From assembly GCF_013407185.1 (NCBI RefSeq), contig NZ_CP026995.1, positions 1,009,483 through 1,041,482 on the forward strand: a stretch of DNA of 32,000 nt. Direction: 5' to 3'. Below, piece after piece: positions 8,573 through 14,975 of the stretch. The notes under the pieces are model-generated. The model was not told the origin of the DNA. It did no database searches and was given only the letters and a program-made list of their open reading frames with translations. Numbering within the stretch: position 1 is the stretch's first letter; each line of letters begins with the position of its first letter. This stretch comes from Nitrosopumilus ureiphilus. GTDB lineage: Archaea; Thermoproteota; Nitrososphaeria; Nitrososphaerales; Nitrosopumilaceae. A program made the translations under genes and the position numbers.

Positions 8573-9678
8573 AAACTAGAGTTTTGATTCCAATGCTTGC
8601 ATTATCCTTGTTGGCTTCTACAACTGCACTTTCATTTGGTGAATCATCTGATGAGTATGCATTGGGAATAGTAGAATGGCAGTATGACTGTCATCCACTT
8701 GTATTCAATACGGGTCTGATCAGAATCACTGATCCTGACATGAACATTGATGATGATGTGCCTGACAGATTTGACATTGAGGTTCTGTCTGATTATAATG
8801 AGAATAATATTCAAAAATATGTCAATCCCGTTTACACAGTAATTGAAACTGGTGATTCAACAGGGGTATTTGAGACGGTGGTATTTTGGGGAGATCCAGG
8901 TGACGAGGGAATCGGACATAGAGTGCCAATCTGGGATAACGTTACAGTTACTGCAAAGTATACTGATCATACACTGCCTTTATCTTACTTGGATTCAAGT
9001 TTGGACATTACAAGTTCTATAATTGTAAGAGATGTAAAACCAATAGAGAAAAAGAATTCTGACGGAATATCGGGTTTCTATTATGTATATGAGCCTTGCA
9101 CTGTGGAATTATTGGATATGAAAAACGACCCAAAATACACTGTAAACCACGATTTTATTTTTCTGCCCCCACTAAAACAAATCAAATCTGGAATTGCAGC
9201 AAAAGATGTGATTTGTAAGGAAGAATTACATCTTGTCAAGAAAAATTGGAAAGAAAATTGGGTTTGTGTCAAAAATTCAAGTATGGAGAAGCTAACATCA
9301 CGTAATTACATTTATCATAGTTTTGGCTCATCTGGAGTGGAAATTCCATCAGATGAATCAATACCCCGTATTCCATTGCTCGGATTGCCCGAAATTGATA
9401 ATGTGGAGATACAATCAATGATAGACTTGTTTGAAAACAGATACCACACATCTAAAATATCATTTGCTGGTTCAAACGTATTACTGAACGCTACACATAT
9501 CGGAGGCAAGACAGTGTCTCTTGTTATACAGTCCTTAGATGATAAAGTGACTGCCACATTGACTTGCAATCATATGGACTGGAGAAATCAAGAAGTAATC
9601 ACTGAAAACGTACTGGATTATCTAAAAAATGTGAATTGCTTTAATCCCTCAATGGAAGAAACAGGAAATGAAAACTAA
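8569..9678 (+). CDS. Hypothetical secreted protein (TDPDMN beta-module plus Cys-pair module)
   Basis: 369 aa with an ATGA overlap to the upstream gene. Signal peptide MKTRVLIPMLALSLLASTTALSFG. Residues about 33-135 are paralogous to the N-terminal domain of the 24019-24837 protein. Residues 200-247 form the PLKQIKSGI...C...L.L...VCV...KL..RNY module. Confidence 0.8.
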   Translation: MKTRVLIPMLALSLLASTTALSFGESSDEYALGIVEWQYDCHPLVFNTGLIRITDPDMNIDDDVPDRFDIEVLSDYNENNIQKYVNPVYTVIETGDSTGVFETVVFWGDPGDEGIGHRVPIWDNVTVTAKYTDHTLPLSYLDSSLDITSSIIVRDVKPIEKKNSDGISGFYYVYEPCTVELLDMKNDPKYTVNHDFIFLPPLKQIKSGIAAKDVICKEELHLVKKNWKENWVCVKNSSMEKLTSRNYIYHSFGSSGVEIPSDESIPRIPLLGLPEIDNVEIQSMIDLFENRYHTSKISFAGSNVLLNATHIGGKTVSLVIQSLDDKVTATLTCNHMDWRNQEVITENVLDYLKNVNCFNPSMEETGNEN

Positions 9679-9679
9679 A

Positions 9680-9753
9680 GTTCAAACCCACAAAAATCCA
9701 CACAGTTCAAACCTATTAGGTTCCAAACAATCTAGTTCAAACCTGTATGGATT
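9680..9753 (+). promoter_or_regulatory. Tandem array of three GTTCAAACC boxes (two degenerate, one full)
   Basis: GTTCAAACCcacaaaaatcc (9680), GTTCAAACCtattaggttc (9705) and GTTCAAACCTGTATGGATT (9735). These are followed by CTTTATG (9774) and the GTG start at 9805. Confidence 0.55.
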
Positions 9754-9804
9754 TGTTACTGATCATCAGAACACTTTATGTTCTTGCATGTATCCTGACC
9801 ATTT

Positions 9805-11304
9805 GTGAAGTGTTGTATTGCCATTTTGTTTTTGGTGCTTGTTTTTTCATTAACATACAATGCATATGCCATAGAATTCAAACCACTTGTAGCCAAAGAT
9901 GCAGATGGAGTGAATATATCTAATGGAATAGTTGGCAAACCAATTATTTTTCAACATACCGTTTCAAATGGTGAACTTAGCGCAGTAGATTTTGAAATCG
10001 TATTTTCCACATTCACGCCAGACGATAAAACACTAGATCAACAAATACAACGGATTCACTTGGGGCCAGGTGAAACAAAAATCATGCCCTATCAATTTGT
10101 TCCAATAAATGAAGGAAATTACATTACAAGTGTGTTTTCTGAGGAATATCTTGCCGCAGATTCAATATCCTTTCCAGCATTAGATGGTGCTAAAAATTAC
10201 AAAAAAGAAACAATCCATCTGTATTCTAATTCTTCTGATAGTGACTGCTCGTTTGCATGCACGAAGCCTTCAGAGAAAACTGTCAGTGTTGGAACCATTG
10301 TAGAATGGGTAAATGATTCTAATGATGATCATAGTATTTCAACTGGGACCTATCAAGAAGAAGATAATGGAATTGGTTGGAGTTATGATAAAAGATTTTC
10401 AGGAAGTTTTGGCCCAAATGAAACATTCTCATTTCTGTTCTTGGAGCCAGGAGAATACCAGTATTTTTTAGCAGAGCACAGATTGAGCACGACTCCTGTT
10501 GTAGGAACAATTCATGTGTCATCAGATATTTTTCCTGCAACCGATAAAACAATTGATATTTTGCAAGGAATAATGAACGACAAGAATTCCAAAATTCCAA
10601 TTACGTCACTTTCTGTAAATCCAAAAAATTCGATAATAACTGTGGGGATTGATGACCGAAAACATGCTTTTTTTACTATTGAACTTTACAAAAAAATACT
10701 TTACAAACAAGTTGGAAATGTGTATCTTAACATAATTCCAAATCCAACTCCAAGAATAGGGCAAATGTGTGATGTAAATGATGAAACACAAGTAAGAAAG
10801 GAACTTGAAAAAGACCCAGTGGTGCAAAAATTCCTAGAATTGTACACTTCATCTACTTTTGAGCATTTTAAAACATATGATGAGCCTGGTAATCCACGTA
10901 CTTATTCGGAATTTCGTTTTGGCTCATTTCTTCTCAGAGTTCTTGTTTTGTCATATGATGAAAGCGGGGTTTGTTATCCCGTATATGGATATTCTGTAAA
11001 TCATGATAATTCTTTATCTGAGATAAAACAAAATTTGTTTGAAAATTTCTATTCCAAGTCAGATAAAATACAAGAAGCGATAAACGCAGTAAAGAATCTT
11101 GCAAATCCCCTAAAACAACTCAAATCCGGAATTCCAATATATGAAATGCAATGCAATGAGGGATTACAACTCACATTAAAAAATTCTAATGACAATCCAG
11201 TCTGCATCAAAGAAACCAGTGTTAAAAAACTATCCATGCGCAATTATGTTTCTGATATAATAATAATCGGCTTAAAACACTCATTGCCGGAAATTGAAAA
11301 ATGA
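9805..11304 (+). CDS. Hypothetical secreted multidomain protein (Ig-like N-term, cupredoxin-like domain lacking the Cys ligand, Cys-pair module)
   Basis: 499 aa with a GTG start. Leader MKCCIAILFLVLVFSLTYNAYA. The segment VSVGTIVEWVNDSNDDHSIS...GEYQYFLAEHRLSTTPVVGTIHV follows the cupredoxin pattern. ANPLKQLKSGIPIYEMQCNEGLQLTLKNSNDNPVCIKETSVKKLSMRNYV is the Cys-pair module. Confidence 0.8.
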   Translation: MKCCIAILFLVLVFSLTYNAYAIEFKPLVAKDADGVNISNGIVGKPIIFQHTVSNGELSAVDFEIVFSTFTPDDKTLDQQIQRIHLGPGETKIMPYQFVPINEGNYITSVFSEEYLAADSISFPALDGAKNYKKETIHLYSNSSDSDCSFACTKPSEKTVSVGTIVEWVNDSNDDHSISTGTYQEEDNGIGWSYDKRFSGSFGPNETFSFLFLEPGEYQYFLAEHRLSTTPVVGTIHVSSDIFPATDKTIDILQGIMNDKNSKIPITSLSVNPKNSIITVGIDDRKHAFFTIELYKKILYKQVGNVYLNIIPNPTPRIGQMCDVNDETQVRKELEKDPVVQKFLELYTSSTFEHFKTYDEPGNPRTYSEFRFGSFLLRVLVLSYDESGVCYPVYGYSVNHDNSLSEIKQNLFENFYSKSDKIQEAINAVKNLANPLKQLKSGIPIYEMQCNEGLQLTLKNSNDNPVCIKETSVKKLSMRNYVSDIIIIGLKHSLPEIEK

Positions 11305-11783
11305 AAACTAGTTTTTTGATAATTATTGGAATTACTGTAATTCTAGCTGGCGGATTTATCTATGTGTCTTACATTCAATACACACATTACAAAACTTGGG
11401 AAAACAACGAACATTGGTATTATCATCCTGATGGGTATGAAGTGGAGTGCGAAATACGATTGTTTCAAACTCCAGGTCAGTGTGAAGCCGTAGATGAAAA
11501 TGGAATTATCGTAGACACAAAAACAGGATTGGGAAATTGGAATGGTGTAAAATGGTTAGGCGATCCAGATTATTGTAAAGATCAAGGCGGTAATTGGAAT
11601 GACACTGCAAGAGGTTGTTATGGATTATATGAGATGTGTGAAAAAGATGGAGGTATTCCTAGATTTTTAAAAAAGAGTTTGCCTTTTCCAGACATTGAAG
11701 AAAACAAACCCATTGAATATCTCATGGATTGTTATTATGGAATTTACCCAATTGAGGATAATTACTTAGGTGGACCTGAATAA
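11301..11783 (+). CDS. Hypothetical membrane-anchored Cys/Trp-rich protein (MKT start)
   Basis: 160 aa with an ATGA overlap to the upstream gene. MKTSFLIIIGITVILAGGFIYVSY anchor, then seven Cys and many Trp/Gly/Asn. Confidence 0.7.
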   Translation: MKTSFLIIIGITVILAGGFIYVSYIQYTHYKTWENNEHWYYHPDGYEVECEIRLFQTPGQCEAVDENGIIVDTKTGLGNWNGVKWLGDPDYCKDQGGNWNDTARGCYGLYEMCEKDGGIPRFLKKSLPFPDIEENKPIEYLMDCYYGIYPIEDNYLGGPE

Positions 11784-11853
11784 AAAATACAATAATGAAA
11801 TTTAATCATGGACTATCAGTTTTGTCCAAATCTGTTAAGGTTTGAACTAGGAA

Positions 11854-12198
11854 CTATTTTACTAAATTCTGAACCCTGGGAATCATGCTGACAAAATCCA
11901 TATGCTCGCATTGATCTTTGTGTTTGCTGCACGTCAATTTCCCGTTCTTATCTTTCACCTTTACAGTTGTTCCAATCTTGTAATCCATTAGAATGACAAA
12001 ATCTGACTCTACATCCATCAGTTCAAGATATGCCATAAAGCTAGAGTAGTGCTTTAGAAAATCCCTTACAGCATATGCTGCCATCTGTGATTTGTTAGTA
12101 AACCCTAGATTCCTTGACACATTTGACTCTGAGAACTTTTCAAGCTGGTCAATTAGCTCCTTTGGAAGCATTATTGACTTCCACTTTGTCTTATCCAT
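11854..12198 (-). CDS. Ribbon-helix-helix-like DNA-binding protein with C-terminal CxxHxxxCxH cluster
   Basis: 114 aa. N-terminus KWKSIMLPKELIDQLEKFSESN...SQMAAYAVRDFL fits a strand-helix-helix layout and is paralogous to the N-terminus of the divergent 12288 gene. The C-terminal part contains LTCSKHKDQCEH. Confidence 0.6.
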   Translation of the reverse strand: MDKTKWKSIMLPKELIDQLEKFSESNVSRNLGFTNKSQMAAYAVRDFLKHYSSFMAYLELMDVESDFVILMDYKIGTTVKVKDKNGKLTCSKHKDQCEHMDFVSMIPRVQNLVK

Positions 12199-12235
12199 AT
12201 GATATATGTATAATATGCTTTGTTTAATACTAATC

Positions 12236-12253
12236 TCTGATACATGTATCAGA
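12236..12253. promoter_or_regulatory. Perfect 18-bp palindrome TCTGATACATGTATCAGA (candidate operator)
   Basis: Self-complementary by hand check. It lies in the 89-bp divergent intergenic region, immediately upstream of AAATATTTAATAA (TATA-like, about 30 nt before the ATG at 12288). An extra half-site TCTGATA occurs at about 12272. Confidence 0.6.
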
Positions 12254-12287
12254 AATATTTAATAATGCTATCTGATAAATGTAACAT

Positions 12288-12608
12288 ATGAAAGTAATAT
12301 TGGGCAAGCAGAAAAAATGGCGTAACTGTATCATTTTGGGCTCAGTGCTCAACGAAGTGGAAAATTATTGCAAAGACAACGGCTGTGATTTTGCAAACCC
12401 AACACAGTTTATCGGATATGCTGTAAGAAAAGAGTTAGACTTTAGAAAGGGCATAAAATCATCAAAAATATTTACCGAAGATCAGATTAAAGAAAAGCTA
12501 GACAGATGGATTGATCAAGTAAAACAAGAAATGGAATTGGATAGCAGACTAGAAAAAGTTTTCAGAAACAGCAAAACACATGCAAAAACTCTGAGTGAAA
12601 ATATTTGA
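12288..12608 (+). CDS. Ribbon-helix-helix-like DNA-binding protein (paralog of 11854-12198)
   Basis: 106 aa. KWRNCIILGSVLNEVENYCKDNGCDFANPTQFIGYAVRKEL aligns with the N-terminus of the divergent neighbour. The C-terminal part is helical and charged. Confidence 0.6.
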   Translation: MKVILGKQKKWRNCIILGSVLNEVENYCKDNGCDFANPTQFIGYAVRKELDFRKGIKSSKIFTEDQIKEKLDRWIDQVKQEMELDSRLEKVFRNSKTHAKTLSENI

Positions 12609-12669
12609 TAGTAAATCCTTCTAAAAAATATTGGTTTGATAGTGTACACAAGTATCTGAATTTTGCAAA

Positions 12670-12825
12670 ATGAATGAACTGACATCATTGCAAAAACCAA
12701 ACCTTTTGGTGCGCTATCAATTCAATGATGATGAAGAAATCACACACGTTTGGTTAACCCAAAGTCAATATGAAAACTTTCGAATACTTCCAATTGTAAA
12801 ATTCTGCGAGATTGTAGAGAGTTAA
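12670..12825 (+). CDS. Possible small ORF (51 aa), below the track threshold
   Basis: Runs ATG 12670 to TAA 12823-12825: MNELTSLQKPNLLVRYQFNDDEEITHVWLTQSQYENFRILPIVKFCEIVES. Composition is protein-like, but there is no other support. Confidence 0.3.
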   Translation: MNELTSLQKPNLLVRYQFNDDEEITHVWLTQSQYENFRILPIVKFCEIVES

Positions 12826-13105
12826 TCAATCCGTATGGTTCTTAATTATTATTCACAACAAACAAGATCTGAATGTCTCTACAATATTTTCTGGTAAATT
12901 AAATGATAAATAAAACATAATGGTCATTCACATACACATTTGTAGTGAACTATGTTGTCATTATCCATCTTCATTTTAATATGACAGCAAGTGTCTTTCA
13001 CATTTGCATGCGCAGTATGGTAGTCACCTGTTGCCCACTTTTTTCTTTACTAGGCCACATTTTTTCCTTCAACTTCTTCAGGCAACAACGCCTCAGTTGC
13101 CTGCT

Positions 13106-13330
13106 CTAAAAATTCAAACTTGGCTGAAAAATCCCACTCTTCTTCTTTCTTTTTTTTCTGTGGCTGCCCACTATGATTATGATAACAGTTCCAAAAACTA
13201 CTATCACAATAATTATGATTGTGCCTATTATTACAATGACTACTAGTACGTTGTCTGATTGACTTTCGAGTGTCTCTTCTTGCTGTGCATAGAACAGAGA
13301 TGTAGTCCCTGCTATTAGCATGCTAAACAT
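13106..13330 (-). CDS. Small single-pass membrane protein with poly-basic tail
   Basis: 74 aa: a short hydrophobic N-terminus, an acidic stretch, a roughly 30-residue Ile/Val TM segment, then HRKKRKKK. The basic tail is encoded by an A8 run (13150-13157 on plus). See the finding on an alternative -1 frame. Confidence 0.5.
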   Translation of the reverse strand: MFSMLIAGTTSLFYAQQEETLESQSDNVLVVIVIIGTIIIIVIVVFGTVIIIIVGSHRKKRKKKSGIFQPSLNF

Positions 13331-13491
13331 GATATCTAAAAGTAGTCTGCTTATTGTGTTTGGGTGTGGATACTATGTTAAAAGTGTTATTCTATGATTC
13401 TCTTACTCTTTGTGAACTATGATCTGAATGATTTGAAAATGCTTTTGATATATGCGATATTTTTATTAATATGTGAAACTCATTAAATAAC

Positions 13492-13911
13492 ATGCTCATG
13501 CCTGAATCTCAAAGCATATGGTACAACGAGCTAGGCTCAAAGATGGCCCTTGATGCAGACGGTAAAGGGGGACTGACTGGCACGTATGTATCGGCAGTAG
13601 GTTCAGCTCAAGACGAGTATGCCTTGGTGGGTCGTTACAATCCTGCACAATCCCCGCCCACAGTAGGTTGGACGGTCCAATGGGTAAACTCGCACAAGAA
13701 GACTAATTCCGTGACGTCGTGGTCAGGGCAGCTGATGAATGTTGATGGTGTGCCTACAATTTTGACCACATGGCTATTGACACAGCAGACAAAACCTGAG
13801 AATGAATGGGAATCGACTATGGTTGATCAGGATGTGTTTACTCCAAACAAACCAACGGATGAGCAGATACGACTGGCAAAGATGAAACGTGGTTGCTCAA
13901 ATCCCGTCTGA
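13492..13911 (+). CDS. Avidin/streptavidin-family biotin-binding protein homologue, no signal peptide
   Basis: 139 aa, collinear by eye with core streptavidin: WYNELGS, GGLTGTYVSAVGSA..YALVGRY, VGWTVQW, SVTSWSGQ, TTWLLT, EWESTMVDQDVFT. An in-frame TGA at 13474-13476 rules out an N-terminal extension. A TATA-like TTTTTATTAATA lies about 30 nt upstream. Confidence 0.85.
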   Translation: MLMPESQSIWYNELGSKMALDADGKGGLTGTYVSAVGSAQDEYALVGRYNPAQSPPTVGWTVQWVNSHKKTNSVTSWSGQLMNVDGVPTILTTWLLTQQTKPENEWESTMVDQDVFTPNKPTDEQIRLAKMKRGCSNPV

Positions 13912-14004
13912 GTAATGTTGGGATTTTTGTTATAACCTTTGCATCAATTTGAATTGTAGTAATCGTTAAATGCTTGAAAATATTATCCTCATAATGTAAC
14001 ACTG

Positions 14005-14238
14005 ATGAACAATATCTTAAAAAGAATGGATCCTTTGATAATCCAAAATATTATGAAATTAATTTATGAAAACAGATCAATACGAAAGACTCCTCTTATG
14101 GAAAAGGCAAATATGAATTATTTACGTCTAAACGCATATTTAAAATGGTTAGAACTGATTGATTTTATAAAAATTGATGAGTCAAATATATTTTTGACCG
14201 AAAGCGGTTCAAAATTTATTTTCCGATGTTTGAAATAA
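14005..14238 (+). CDS. Small winged-helix DNA-binding protein (HTH_45-like)
   Basis: 77 aa. IIQNIMKLIYENRSIRKTPLMEKANMNYLRLNAYLKWLELIDFIKIDESNIFLTESGSKFI follows the pattern of small archaeal wHTH proteins (name, KT, ANLsY..l..YL..L...gli, y.LTekG..fl). Confidence 0.6.
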   Translation: MNNILKRMDPLIIQNIMKLIYENRSIRKTPLMEKANMNYLRLNAYLKWLELIDFIKIDESNIFLTESGSKFIFRCLK

Positions 14239-14330
14239 TGTTAATATGATATTATCATATGCTAATATTTAAGAATTATGAACTGCTGCAGTTCATGTTG
14301 TTTAATTATTATTAGTTTGTGAGAATCACA

Positions 14331-14774
14331 ATGACTACAAAAAATAATAGAAAACTGACAAAGATCATCCCCCTAGCGTTTGGGTTGGTAGCAATCATTG
14401 CTGGAATGTCTGTTGTTCCTTCATTAGGTCAACAAGAAGCTACTGCAGCAATCAATTGTCCATCAGGAGGCGGTGCATGTTACGGAACATCTGGTAACGA
14501 CACGATCTATGGAAGTGCAAACAGGGATATCATTCTTGCTGGTGCTGGTGATGACACGATCTTTGGCAATGGTGGAGATGATAACATCTATGGTGAAGCA
14601 GGAAAAGATACCATTAGTGGCGGTGCTGGAAATGATAATCTATATCATTCCGGTTCAGCATCAGGTTCAGATGGATTCGCCGATTCACTTGATGGTGATT
14701 CTGGTTCAGATACATGTCATTGGAACTCATCAGATGGTGATACAATGGCAAATTGTACCTCTATACCTTGGTGA
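14331..14774 (+). CDS. Secreted protein with hemolysin-type (RTX) calcium-binding nonapeptide repeats
   Basis: I prefer the ATG at 14331 (the track uses GTG 14319). Sec-type leader MTTKNNRKLTKIIPLAFGLVAIIAGMSVVPSLGQQEATA/A. Six consecutive GGxGxDxUx-like units follow: GTSGNDTIY, GSANRDIIL, AGAGDDTIF, GNGGDDNIY, GEAGKDTIS, GGAGNDNLY. Confidence 0.75.
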   Translation: MTTKNNRKLTKIIPLAFGLVAIIAGMSVVPSLGQQEATAAINCPSGGGACYGTSGNDTIYGSANRDIILAGAGDDTIFGNGGDDNIYGEAGKDTISGGAGNDNLYHSGSASGSDGFADSLDGDSGSDTCHWNSSDGDTMANCTSIPW

Positions 14775-14975
14775 TAATCACACCCCCTTTATTTTTTATG
14801 ATAAACTAATTTTAATATATTAAAAATATGATAATATATTATTCTCATATTATGATAAATCAAAAATCAAAATTAGTTCGATTAGAAAGAAAAAATTTAT
14901 TTATTAAAACAATTAAGAATATTCCTGGACAATAAAATACATCAACTCTCATCAAAAAGAAATTTTGGAATTATT

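Noticed and set aside
14473-14823. 116-aa ORF overlapping the RTX-repeat gene in another + frame.
   Set aside because: It has no leader and no recognisable motif. The RTX frame carries a clear signal peptide and six canonical nonapeptides.
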